From Candidatus Micrarchaeia archaeon (GTDB taxonomy: Archaea; Micrarchaeota; Micrarchaeia; Burarchaeales; Fermentimicrarchaeaceae): a stretch of DNA of 64,000 nt. This document shows, in pieces, positions 9,969-19,344 of this stretch (the first letter of the stretch is position 1; each line of letters starts with the position of its first letter). The DNA lies in NCBI GenBank assembly GCA_038871515.1, contig JAVZHX010000002.1:141815-205814 (forward strand). The letters run 5' to 3'. The translations under genes and the position numbers were made by a program. The notes beneath the pieces are model-generated. The model was given only the letters and a program-made list of their open reading frames with translations. It did no database searches and was not told where the DNA came from.

Positions 9969-11297
9969 ATGAAAAGGCTGCTGGTTATCCTGCTAGTATT
10001 GAACTTTGTTTTTGCCGGAAAAGTTGGTTTGGTGGTTCAGTTCAACGATAATGAGGTGATGACAAAATGCATCACAATTTCAATTGATAACTCAGTTCAG
10101 CCAGGCTGCAGCGTAAACCCAGCCACCTGGTGCAATGAGAACACAGGAAGCTCAACTGCAGAGAAGGTGCTCAGAAGCTCTGGTTTGAAATTAGTTTTGG
10201 CAGATGAATACATTGCTTTTCCTGGTTGCAGTTATGGAAGGTTGCTCTGCAGGATAGAGAATGTTGGGTGCGAGGCTTCTGGCTCAAGCTGTGTTGGCTG
10301 CGGCAGCAACTACTGGGGTTTCTTTTACCTTAAAGATGGTGGTTGGCAGTACTCAGAATGTGGGGTGAGCGGGTTTAATGTCAAAAATGGAGATGTGCTT
10401 GGTTTCAGGTGGGGGGGTTATGGGGATTTGCCAGCTGTTTATTCTTTCAATGAGATATGCGCCTCACCTTCTCAAAGCGGTGAAGTTCAACCGCTGAAAA
10501 AGTTAAGCATAGAAATTCAGGGGAACTGCACGGAGCAACCGGTAGTTATCAAAGTTAAAGAGGAAGGTGGGGAGGTTATTTGGGAGCCAACTAACTTTGT
10601 ATTCCCCTCCAGAAGTGGGTTGAATATAATTTTGGAAACAGGAGTTGGAGTTGAAGTTCTAAGAAAAGAAGTTTACTTTGGGAAGGATGCTGGCTATGAT
10701 AAGGTTGCATTTCTTTTCACAGATGAGAATGGGATTGCAAGCTTCACCTCAGAGAAAACTGGGAATTATAAACTGCAGTTCAGGAAGGATGGTTTCATAG
10801 ATGAGGAGAGAGAAGTTGAAGTGAATGAGTGCGTGAAGGAGGTGATAACACCAGCTGAGGAAACGAAGTTTGTGGGAGAGGAAAAACCAGCAACAAGAGT
10901 GCAGATTATTGCGCCAAAAACCGCGGTTGTGAACACAACAGTTGTTTTGAGAGTTGTTTCAGAAGAGGGAAAACCCCTCCCTTTTGAAAGCGTGTTTGTG
11001 AAATTCTCTGGGGGGGAGAAACAGCTCATCACAAACGAAAGCGGAGAGGCAAGTTTCACTGCTGAGGAGGAAGGAGTTTACAATTATTACTCACCAACGC
11101 ATCTTCTGACTTCCTATGAGGTTACAAATATAATGAAAGAAACACCTCCGATTGCCTTTCAAGAAACACCGGAAAAGGAAATTGAGCAACCTCCATCTGT
11201 TGGGATGGCAACAGCAGGTCCTTCCCCATTGCTTTTTGCAGGAGGAGCAATAATTATTTTAGTTTTGCTTTACTTATTTAGAGAGGTGAGAAAGTGA
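9969..11297 (+). CDS. Secreted membrane-anchored protein with DUF4430-like N-terminal domain and Ig-like/prealbumin-like domains
   Basis: Signal peptide; YWGFFY..GGWQYSECGVSGFNVKNGDVLGFRW resembles the DUF4430/transcobalamin beta-domain signature; C-terminal TM helix. Confidence 0.65.
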   Translation: MKRLLVILLVLNFVFAGKVGLVVQFNDNEVMTKCITISIDNSVQPGCSVNPATWCNENTGSSTAEKVLRSSGLKLVLADEYIAFPGCSYGRLLCRIENVGCEASGSSCVGCGSNYWGFFYLKDGGWQYSECGVSGFNVKNGDVLGFRWGGYGDLPAVYSFNEICASPSQSGEVQPLKKLSIEIQGNCTEQPVVIKVKEEGGEVIWEPTNFVFPSRSGLNIILETGVGVEVLRKEVYFGKDAGYDKVAFLFTDENGIASFTSEKTGNYKLQFRKDGFIDEEREVEVNECVKEVITPAEETKFVGEEKPATRVQIIAPKTAVVNTTVVLRVVSEEGKPLPFESVFVKFSGGEKQLITNESGEASFTAEEEGVYNYYSPTHLLTSYEVTNIMKETPPIAFQETPEKEIEQPPSVGMATAGPSPLLFAGGAIIILVLLYLFREVRK

Positions 11298-11812
11298 GGG
11301 AAATTAGAAATTCCGCGAAGTACGTTATTGCTTTGCTTTTCTGTGCTTTTTTTAGAATACTCCCAAGACCGCCGAATGTAGAGCCTGTGATGACTGCAAC
11401 GATGCCATTCGCAAAGGAATTCGGAGGTTGGGCTGGGTTCTTCTTCGCAGCATTTTCAATTGTTATATTTGATTTTCTCAGCGGGAGAGTTGGTTACTGG
11501 ACAGTTTACACATCTCTTGCTTATGGTTTGGTTGGCTATGCTGCATGGCTGTGGCTTTCAAAAAAGAAAGAGGTAAAGGGAAGGGATTATGCGAAGTTTG
11601 CATTCCTTTCAACAATTTTCTATGATGCGGTAACTGCTCTTGCTTTTGGAATTCAGTTTGGGCAGAGTTTGGAGGTTACTTTGCTAGGGCAGATTCCATT
11701 TACCTTTTACCATCTTCTTGGAAACGTGAGTATGGGGTACCTGATAAGCCCACTGCTGCACAAATGGGTTATCGCGAACCCAAAGCTGGAGCTGAATGTC
11801 TATTTGGGTTGA
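11294..11812 (+). CDS. ECF transporter S-component, CbrT/BtuM-like (candidate cobalamin)
   Basis: ~6 TM helices in 172 aa; RILPRPPNVEPV motif; GTGA overlap with upstream gene. Confidence 0.65.
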   Translation: MREIRNSAKYVIALLFCAFFRILPRPPNVEPVMTATMPFAKEFGGWAGFFFAAFSIVIFDFLSGRVGYWTVYTSLAYGLVGYAAWLWLSKKKEVKGRDYAKFAFLSTIFYDAVTALAFGIQFGQSLEVTLLGQIPFTFYHLLGNVSMGYLISPLLHKWVIANPKLELNVYLG

Positions 11813-12340
11813 TTACTTTTTTCTTTTCCCACTATTTGCGAACATAGCTCCTCTCACAACAAAGTATCCAACTGCTATTCCTATAACTGCTATTACAACA
11901 ATTGCAAGTGTCCAGATATTAGCCCCCAATCCTCCAATTGGTGAAACTAGGTAGTACCTTCCTCCCCCTCCGCCTCCTCCACCAGCCAGCACGGTATAAA
12001 CCTGTGGTGAGCCCATCTGGAATTGGTAACCCGCTTTGCCTGCAATGCAATACCAGTTGTGGTTGCCTGAATAAAGAGTTGTTCCACTATAATGGTATGC
12101 TCCATCGTAGTAACTTGCGGAGTAGTTGCCTGAGTCAATTACAACAAAAACTATTGCTCCAGTTACTGGTTGGGATGTCCCATTCAAATTCGCGTAATAC
12201 ATGCAGGAAAACGTTGGCTTCACCCCAGAACGAGCAGTTCCTGATTGGGGCGTTACAGATTGGTTGAGAGTTGTTGGAATCTGCGCTTGTGCAACGCCCA
12301 ACAGCACAAGCAAAACAAACACGTACCAAATTTTTTTCAT
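11813..12340 (-). CDS. Small secreted protein: Ig-like domain, poly-Gly linker, C-terminal TM anchor
   Basis: Signal peptide (AQA), two Cys, G8 linker, hydrophobic helix followed by KRKK. Confidence 0.8.
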   Translation of the reverse strand: MKKIWYVFVLLVLLGVAQAQIPTTLNQSVTPQSGTARSGVKPTFSCMYYANLNGTSQPVTGAIVFVVIDSGNYSASYYDGAYHYSGTTLYSGNHNWYCIAGKAGYQFQMGSPQVYTVLAGGGGGGGGRYYLVSPIGGLGANIWTLAIVVIAVIGIAVGYFVVRGAMFANSGKRKK

Positions 12341-12352
12341 ATAATCCCTCCT

Positions 12353-13432
12353 TTATTTTTTAAAACTTCTGTTTGCGAACCCTTCGGGGCTTATTCCCCT
12401 TAACCTGAACAGTTCAGCAGTTCTCCCAGTTATGATAACTGGTGAGTTTGAAAGTGAGGAAAGCTCCCTTGAGCCTGTGAGAAACATGCATACCTTTAAC
12501 TGCTCCTTCCATCTCTCAAGCTCATTCACAACTGCCTTCTCTCCTTTTTTTGTTGCTTTCAAGAAAGGAAGGGCAGCGCCTGCATAATCTGCACCAAGCG
12601 CAACTGCTTTTGCAACGTCAACACCGGAGCGAATCCCACCGCTTGCTATAAGCGGAAGCTCACAAACGCTTGCAACTTCAACAATTGATAAAGCAGTGGG
12701 AATGCCCCACTCCCACAACCACTCCTCCTCACGCGAGCTTCTTATAAGCTCAACAGCTCCCCACGAGGTTCCTCCAGCTCCTGCAACATCTATTCCCTTA
12801 ACGCCAGTATTTTTTAATTCAACCGCAACCTCTCTTGAGATTCCTGCTCCTGTTTCCTTCACAATAACTGGCACGCTGATTTCTGCGGTGAGCTTTTGAA
12901 GCGCAGATAAACATCCTTTGAATTTTTTATTTCCTTCTGGCTGCACAACCTCCTGGAGCGGGTTGAGATGAACAAACAATGCATCTGCTTCAACCTTTTC
13001 AACTGCATCAGCTATTCTGTTTACATCGTGCTCCAAAAGTTGCGTTATGCCTATGTTACCAATCAAAGGAATATTTGGGGCAACATCTCTAACGCAATAC
13101 GTGTTTGCGAGGGATGGTTTCTCTATCATTGCCCTCTGGGAGCCAAGCCCCAACGCAACTCCTGAGCTTTCAGCAGCTGCAGCCAGCGTTTTATTTATTT
13201 TCTTTGCTTCATGCGAGCCTCCCGTGATGGGCTCAATTATAATCGGAGCTGAAAGCTTCTTTCCAAAAAACTCACAGCTTACATCAACTTCATCAAGGTT
13301 CAGCTCTGGAAGCGCGTTGTGAATTAGCTCAACATCCTCAAAACCAGTGCTCTTCCTTGAGAACTCCACTTTCCTCTCACAGCAAATTTTCAGATGATAT
13401 GCTTTTCTCTTCTCAGTAGTTGATTTTGCCAT
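12353..13432 (-). CDS. fni: Type 2 isopentenyl-diphosphate delta-isomerase
   Basis: RK..H, ITGG, GSQRA, HLNPLQE, KETGAG, AGAGGTSW, ASGGIRSG. Confidence 0.95.
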   Translation of the reverse strand: MAKSTTEKRKAYHLKICCERKVEFSRKSTGFEDVELIHNALPELNLDEVDVSCEFFGKKLSAPIIIEPITGGSHEAKKINKTLAAAAESSGVALGLGSQRAMIEKPSLANTYCVRDVAPNIPLIGNIGITQLLEHDVNRIADAVEKVEADALFVHLNPLQEVVQPEGNKKFKGCLSALQKLTAEISVPVIVKETGAGISREVAVELKNTGVKGIDVAGAGGTSWGAVELIRSSREEEWLWEWGIPTALSIVEVASVCELPLIASGGIRSGVDVAKAVALGADYAGAALPFLKATKKGEKAVVNELERWKEQLKVCMFLTGSRELSSLSNSPVIITGRTAELFRLRGISPEGFANRSFKK

Positions 13433-13459
13433 ACTATAAATACGGGGGGTTTATATAAA

Positions 13460-14251
13460 TTATTTATGAATAAGGGTTCCGCTTGGCTTGCCGAGCAGAG
13501 CTTCCTTTAGATTGCCCTCAATCAAACCGCATATCACTCTGCTTTCTATTCCAATTCTCGCAAGCCCAAGCAGTATTTCAACCTTGTGAAGCATTCCGCC
13601 GGTTACATCTATTCCTGCTGAGCCACCAAGAGAGTTTTTCACTTTGCTGAAATTCCCAGGGGTTATCTCAGGTATTTTTTGGGGGGAGGATGCGCGAGGG
13701 TTTGCAAGCACTCCGTTTGTGATACCTACAAGTATTATTCTTTTTGGCTTCAGCTTCCTTGCAAGGTAGTCAAATATCATCTCAGTTGACAGTATGGAGC
13801 AACCCCTCTCCAAATCAACTACCACATCACCGTAAGGAACAGGAAGTAAATTGTGGGATAGCATTCTTTGCAATGGTTTTATATCAAAGTGAACTATTCT
13901 TCCGTTTCTGGTGAGCACGCATGCGGATGGTTGCACTGAAACAGCATTCTCCCCTGCTTCAATTAGACACTCAACAACAATTCTGTTCAACCTAGAAGCA
14001 GCATCCTGAACCTCTGAAATTCCTCTGTATGTTTCAGGGCTAACAACTCCCTTGTGAACCTCGTATTTTTTCGCTGGCACATGAGGGAATGAACCTCCTC
14101 CGTGCCCAACAATAAGTTTTAGGTTGCCTTCCTCTCTTGCCTCATGAATCTCCCTTGCAACCCTCTTTATAATCTCCATCCTTGGGGTGAACGGCTTTGT
14201 TTTGTCAGTTATCAAACTTCCCCCAAGCTTCACAAACACAAGCTCTCTCAT
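13460..14251 (-). CDS. ipk: Isopentenyl phosphate kinase
   Basis: KLGGSLITDK, HGGGSFPH, GDVV, DVTGGM..K. Confidence 0.92.
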   Translation of the reverse strand: MRELVFVKLGGSLITDKTKPFTPRMEIIKRVAREIHEAREEGNLKLIVGHGGGSFPHVPAKKYEVHKGVVSPETYRGISEVQDAASRLNRIVVECLIEAGENAVSVQPSACVLTRNGRIVHFDIKPLQRMLSHNLLPVPYGDVVVDLERGCSILSTEMIFDYLARKLKPKRIILVGITNGVLANPRASSPQKIPEITPGNFSKVKNSLGGSAGIDVTGGMLHKVEILLGLARIGIESRVICGLIEGNLKEALLGKPSGTLIHK

Positions 14252-14649
14252 CTCACCACTTCCACAACTCCCTCATTTCCATCTACAATAACTTTATCCC
14301 CATTCTTTATAAGCTTGAATACATTTTTTTCTGGTTTATCAACCATCGGAATTTCTGAGATTATTGCGCCAACCGCAACAATCACCTCCGCCTCCTCATT
14401 TACAATCCCTTTCGGCGCTTTTCCATTTCTTTTCAGCTGATAGATTACATATGAGCCAACTGTTGAGCCTCTCCCTCTCGGGAAGAGGAGTATTTTTCCT
14501 GCAACAGAGCTTTTGAAAAGAGGGTGTTTTGGGTTGATAATTCTTCCTGTTTTTGGGTCAACGTCACCAAGAAAACTTATCTCCTCTGTGCTTATAAGAG
14601 CTTCCCCCTCCGCCCTTCCTTTGGATATCGCTCTTCCTTTTATTTTCAT
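14248..14649 (-). CDS. Phosphomevalonate dehydratase small subunit (AcnX type 2, DUF126)
   Basis: ISFLGDVDPKTG, GRGSTVGSYVIY; pathway context. Confidence 0.9.
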   Translation of the reverse strand: MKIKGRAISKGRAEGEALISTEEISFLGDVDPKTGRIINPKHPLFKSSVAGKILLFPRGRGSTVGSYVIYQLKRNGKAPKGIVNEEAEVIVAVGAIISEIPMVDKPEKNVFKLIKNGDKVIVDGNEGVVEVVR

Positions 14650-15359
14650 TCCCTCACCCTCTCGACTGCATCAGCAAATTCAACAACCAACTCAGCAAGC
14701 TGTATAATTTTTTTCTCATCGCTTATCATTCCAGAGGTGTAAACTGCTGCGAGGTTGCTTCCTGCCTGCAGTGAAACCAGAAGTGGAGTTGAGAGTATCT
14801 TTCCTTGAATTGATTTAACCACTCTTTTCGCGTATTCCATATCCTTGCTTTTTACAGAATACCTTTTATCAAACTCTTTTGAAATAACCGGCTCGCCTCT
14901 TTTCAGAAAGGGAATGCCGATGGATGGAGTGATGAGTAGGGGTTCAGGCAAACCCTTCTGAAGTGGAGTTGTTGCCATCGTCTGCACATTCTCTCCCATT
15001 GAAAAGGTTGTTATGTTTATCAATCTACCCTTATACTTTCCAACCAAGCCAGGCATCCTCACTGATTTTCCGTTTGGCTCAACAAACTCCACATTCATGG
15101 AATACTGCCATCCCATTTTATCAGCAAGCGCGCTCCATCGCTCATCCATTTTCTTTGCAACGCGCATTGAAAAAAGAATTATCAGAAGAAATATGAAGTC
15201 AATAAAAATTATCAAAGCAATCAGCAGTGGTATTGTTTTCACAAAATCTTTTGGCGAGATGATGAAGAAAACTCCTGCCATCAATAAATCTACGAACAGA
15301 ACAACTGCAAGTAGCAGTTTCATATCCTTCTTTGTCTGTTCCTGATGAAGTGGTTTCAT
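14646..15359 (-). CDS. Hypothetical membrane protein (2 N-terminal TM + soluble domain)
   Basis: Two hydrophobic helices; translationally coupled between AcnX genes. Confidence 0.75.
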   Translation of the reverse strand: MKPLHQEQTKKDMKLLLAVVLFVDLLMAGVFFIISPKDFVKTIPLLIALIIFIDFIFLLIILFSMRVAKKMDERWSALADKMGWQYSMNVEFVEPNGKSVRMPGLVGKYKGRLINITTFSMGENVQTMATTPLQKGLPEPLLITPSIGIPFLKRGEPVISKEFDKRYSVKSKDMEYAKRVVKSIQGKILSTPLLVSLQAGSNLAAVYTSGMISDEKKIIQLAELVVEFADAVERVRE

Positions 15360-15364
15360 AAACA

Positions 15365-16531
15365 TCACTCCAAAATTTCTTTCAAAGAGCCGAAAAGAAC
15401 CTTCTGTTTGCAAAAGCCAGGGAGGTAATGAGCTGCCTTCCCTGAATTAACTGCTGTTGTGCTGAAACCCATCTCCTCAAGAGGGCAGACAACCATGCAC
15501 GTGTCACAAACAATCCTTCCCCCAGCTTCCTCAATTATTTTCGTCAAACCAAGCTTATCTGCTTTATTTTTTATTTTCCTTGCAGTGCAAACCCACAGCT
15601 TTCTTTTCAACTTCTTTCCCCTCACTCTCTCAGCTATCTCCCTTATCTCATCAAGCGAGCAGTGGGGGCATCCAACTGCCATTAGCTCGGCGTCATTTGA
15701 TGAATTTAAACTTTCTTTCGTTTCCTTTAACTCTTTCTCAGTGAACTCAACTTTCTCAGGTTTATCCACAACCTTCCATTCATCAGTTATATCTTTGATG
15801 AAAAACAGCGCAACTGCTCCTGAGGCAGCAAGCGCTGCGCCAAGCGACTTCACCTCATCAACAGTTACTGTTTCTATCCCCTGAAAAGCAACCACTCTCT
15901 GCTTTGCTATTCTTCCTGAGTAGATTCCAAGCGCACCAAAATCAGACATATCTTCAAGCTTTGTTTTCACATCAACAACAAGATGTGCAATTCTGTTCTC
16001 ATCAAGGTGATAACCAAAGCAAGGGGTTTTTCCAATAATTGCAGCTGCTAATGCGCTCATTCCACTTTCCCTGTTCGTCCTAGCCCCAAGCGCTGAGTTT
16101 GCAAAAACAACTGCTGAGCTTTCGCTCCACGCAACATGTTCATTTTTCTTTGGGAGGATGTTTATCAAATAAGGAGTGCAGGTGCATGTTGGCTCAACCC
16201 CCATCTTCTGGTATGCGCGTATTATCCTTATCTGCTTCCTTGCAAACTCTTTGGGAATTCCCATCTCCCTCCATCCCTCAACGTCCATTCCTGCTGGGTT
16301 CAGGTAGCTTGGTATTTTAACCCTTCCATCTTTTGCAAAACTTTCAAGAAACTCCAAACCAGCATCCCCAATTGTTTTGTAACTTACACCTGAAATCTGA
16401 GCTGAGGTGACTGGAATGAGCTTTTCTGCTTTGAATATTTTGCCTATAGCAAGAAGAATTTCCATTGCTTTAGCTGCAGCAGCTCCCTGCTCCCCGTTCA
16501 GAATTCCCTCCTCCTCCCTTGTGAGGTTCAT
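15365..16531 (-). CDS. Phosphomevalonate dehydratase large subunit (aconitase X, DUF521)
   Basis: SGVSYKTIG, TCTCTPY, WSESSAV, GARTNRE, GCPHCS, CDTCMVVCP, NSGKAAHY. Confidence 0.93.
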   Translation of the reverse strand: MNLTREEEGILNGEQGAAAAKAMEILLAIGKIFKAEKLIPVTSAQISGVSYKTIGDAGLEFLESFAKDGRVKIPSYLNPAGMDVEGWREMGIPKEFARKQIRIIRAYQKMGVEPTCTCTPYLINILPKKNEHVAWSESSAVVFANSALGARTNRESGMSALAAAIIGKTPCFGYHLDENRIAHLVVDVKTKLEDMSDFGALGIYSGRIAKQRVVAFQGIETVTVDEVKSLGAALAASGAVALFFIKDITDEWKVVDKPEKVEFTEKELKETKESLNSSNDAELMAVGCPHCSLDEIREIAERVRGKKLKRKLWVCTARKIKNKADKLGLTKIIEEAGGRIVCDTCMVVCPLEEMGFSTTAVNSGKAAHYLPGFCKQKVLFGSLKEILE

Positions 16532-17820
16532 CTGAGATACCTCCCAAGCTTAACTTTTGGGAATTTTGCTTTTTTAAACTCCTTCAGCTTCTTCTTAAGA
16601 GGTGCTGTTGCATCAACTCCCATCTTGCTTGTCTCTCTTGTGAATGGGTTTGCCGACGGATCAAGGGAAGAACCCTTCTCATGTTTTTTCACAACCAACC
16701 CATCCTTTGCCTGAAACCTTGTTGCAACAGCCCATTCAACTTCAAGCGGGTTGTGAATGTCAATATCATCATCAACCACAACAACGTGCTTCAAGGAGGA
16801 GTGCCCTCTGAAAGCAGCCTCAATTGCTTTCCTTCCATCCTCTTCATTTTTCTTCTTTATTTTCACAACTGCATGCAACCAGGAGCAACCACCAAGGGTG
16901 AGGGATACATCTTTGCACTCACAAACTTTGTTCACCTCTCGGAATATTGTTGGCTCTCTCGGCATACCCATAAGGAGCTTGTGCTCATTTCCACCTGGCA
17001 GAAGTGCATGATAGAATGCATCTTTTCTGTGAGTTATTTTCTTAATTTCAAGCACAGGCTGCTCCCTCACAACATCATACGTTTCAGTCAAATCAACAAA
17101 TGGACCCTCTGGGGCAAGCTCCTTTGTGATTCTCCCCTCAAGCACGAGCTCGCTGTGCGCTGGCACCTCAACATCAACTGTTTTGCACCGCACAATTGGC
17201 AGCTTTTCCAAAGAGTTCGCAATTTTCATCTCATCAAACCCAAGCTCAACAGAGGTTGCAGCTGCCAGAAGAAAGTTAGCTGAGTTTCCTATGCAAACAG
17301 CGACGTCAAGCTCCCCTCCATTTCTTTTTATGAACTCATTCAAATGCCTTGGGAGAATTCTCATCACAAACCTCCTTCTGTCAAGTTGCATCAGCCTATG
17401 AAATGAGCAGTTTCTCCCAAGCTCCTCGTCCTTCGCGACAACAACCCCGGAAGTTATGTAGGGGCCTCCATCCCTCTCGCAGTGAGTTAGAATTGGAAGT
17501 TTGTTCAAATCAACTTCCTCCTCAACTTCCTGGCATGGTGCTTTCTCAACAAGCACGGGTTCAGAAGGGTTGTCTATTGCATGCGCAATTCTCAAGAGAA
17601 GCTTCTCCTTCGGCACTCCAAGCGACTCCGCGATGAGCTCGCGGGATGAGAAAACGTTTCCAATCACCATGAATTTGCTTTCCTTAACTTTTTCAAAAAG
17701 AACAGGCTTCCCATCAAGCTGCTTCAATATTCCTGCTGCAACAAACCTCTTGCTCACGGGCTTCTTGATTAAAATAAGCTTTTTAGATAATTTGAGTTTT
17801 TTTATAAACTCCCTCAGCAT
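16528..17820 (-). CDS. UbiD-family decarboxylase (trans-anhydromevalonate 5-phosphate decarboxylase)
   Basis: DGGPYIT, EGPFVD.TETYD, KHVVVVDDDIDI, EWAVATRFQ, GSSLDPS, KMGVDAT. Confidence 0.92.
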   Translation of the reverse strand: MLREFIKKLKLSKKLILIKKPVSKRFVAAGILKQLDGKPVLFEKVKESKFMVIGNVFSSRELIAESLGVPKEKLLLRIAHAIDNPSEPVLVEKAPCQEVEEEVDLNKLPILTHCERDGGPYITSGVVVAKDEELGRNCSFHRLMQLDRRRFVMRILPRHLNEFIKRNGGELDVAVCIGNSANFLLAAATSVELGFDEMKIANSLEKLPIVRCKTVDVEVPAHSELVLEGRITKELAPEGPFVDLTETYDVVREQPVLEIKKITHRKDAFYHALLPGGNEHKLLMGMPREPTIFREVNKVCECKDVSLTLGGCSWLHAVVKIKKKNEEDGRKAIEAAFRGHSSLKHVVVVDDDIDIHNPLEVEWAVATRFQAKDGLVVKKHEKGSSLDPSANPFTRETSKMGVDATAPLKKKLKEFKKAKFPKVKLGRYLR

Positions 17821-17824
17821 ACGC

Positions 17825-18190
17825 TCACCTCTCAGAGATCCTCAGAACTTTTCTTGTATCGTAATACAAACCTGTGTTGAAAACTCCCCAGCCAATCAGA
17901 ACTGCATACGTGTTAACCTGCCCAAGCCAGAGCAGGAGAAATTTATTTATATTCAGAAGCAACCACAGGAAACTTAACGCAAATAATGGAAGGATGGTTA
18001 CAAGTATTCTCTCCTTTTTGAAAATTCCTTTATGAAATTTTAATGAAAGCGCAAGGAAACACCATACGTAGATAACTACAAATATGTCAGTCAATTCAAG
18101 CGAAGCATATGAGAGAAGAAAACCACCTGAAATGAGCAGGCAGCCCACAAGCATAAGTATCTGGCCAAAGGTTATCATTTCCTCTCCCAC
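17825..18190 (-). CDS. Hypothetical 4-TM membrane protein
   Basis: Four hydrophobic segments; coupled between ubiX and ubiD-like genes. Confidence 0.7.
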   Translation of the reverse strand: MGEEMITFGQILMLVGCLLISGGFLLSYASLELTDIFVVIYVWCFLALSLKFHKGIFKKERILVTILPLFALSFLWLLLNINKFLLLWLGQVNTYAVLIGWGVFNTGLYYDTRKVLRISER

Positions 18191-18732
18191 CTCTTGTATA
18201 ATTTATTTTCAACTCTCAAAGAATCAAGAATTTTGCCAACTATGAAATCAATCACGTCATCAAGCTTTCTGGGTTTGTTGTAGAAAGCAAGTGAAGGTGG
18301 CAGTATAACAACACCTAACCTTGAAAGCTTCAACATGTTTTCAATGTGTATTGAACTGAAAGGAGTTTCTCTTGGCGTAAGTATCAGCTTTCTCCCCTCC
18401 TTTATCATAACATCCGCGCTTCTCGTTATCAAGTTATCCGAGTAGCCGTGAGCAATCGCTGAAAGAGTTTTCATTGAGCAAGGGCAGATAACCATCGCAT
18501 CAAAAAGCGATGAGCCAGAAGCAGGAGGTGCATCCACTTCCTCAGCTTCATAAACCTTCCCGTAGCTTTCAAGCTTCTTCATAACTTTTTTCACATCCCC
18601 AAGCTCATGCTGAATAACTCTCTTCGCATTCTCGCTAACAACTATGTGAAGCTCGTGCTTCCTCAAAACTTCACATAGACGAACTCCTATTGAAACTCCA
18701 GATGCACCTGTAAGTGCTATGAGTATTTTCAC
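18175..18732 (-). CDS. ubiX: Flavin prenyltransferase UbiX
   Basis: LTGASG, ASGS, PCSMKTLSAIAHG, NLITRSADV.IKE.RKL, RETP; GTG start at 18732 fits family length. Confidence 0.93.
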   Translation of the reverse strand: MKILIALTGASGVSIGVRLCEVLRKHELHIVVSENAKRVIQHELGDVKKVMKKLESYGKVYEAEEVDAPPASGSSLFDAMVICPCSMKTLSAIAHGYSDNLITRSADVMIKEGRKLILTPRETPFSSIHIENMLKLSRLGVVILPPSLAFYNKPRKLDDVIDFIVGKILDSLRVENKLYKRWERK

Positions 18733-18784
18733 AAAGTAGTTAGGAAAAGTGAGGTATTTAAGTTTATATACGACAGAAGCAGAA

Positions 18785-19330
18785 TCAGTCAAACTTCTTT
18801 TTTTCAATCATTCTTTTAAATTGATTTAGAGTTATTTGTACTGAGTGAATTTCATCAAGCTCACGCGCAGTTTGTGAGATTTTATCAAAAGTATCAACAA
18901 GCTTTTCAAACTCCCCAACCTCCTTTCTCATCCTTGCAACTCTGTTTTTAACAAACTCCTCCGGGTTTAACTCGGTTAAAACTACTCCGGAAAGTTTCAT
19001 GTATTCCCGCAACTGCTCCCCCTTAAGCTCCTCCAAACCTTTCACTATCTTCTTATCAACCTCAATAAGTAAACTTGCTCTTTCTTTGAAAACCCTGCTC
19101 AGCTCATCTCTTTCCCTCGCAGTAAAGTCACTCTGAACAAGTTTTTTCAGAAGTGCAATTGTCCCAACATTGAAAACAGCCCTCTCGCACTCCATATTCA
19201 CAATTCTCGCAGGAAGCTCCTCCTTCTCGTACTTTGAAATTCTCTCCCTCATCTCCTCTATTGCTTTTCTGTTATTTTTTATAAGTTGAGAAGCTTCGGT
19301 TTCAGTTTTATGCATATGTATTTTTTGCAT
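18785..19330 (-). CDS. Hypothetical helical protein
   Basis: Charged coiled-coil-like ORF; start trimmed to avoid overlap with upstream gene. Confidence 0.65.
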   Translation of the reverse strand: MQKIHMHKTETEASQLIKNNRKAIEEMRERISKYEKEELPARIVNMECERAVFNVGTIALLKKLVQSDFTARERDELSRVFKERASLLIEVDKKIVKGLEELKGEQLREYMKLSGVVLTELNPEEFVKNRVARMRKEVGEFEKLVDTFDKISQTARELDEIHSVQITLNQFKRMIEKKKFD

Positions 19331-19344
19331 TTCTTTCTTTATAA

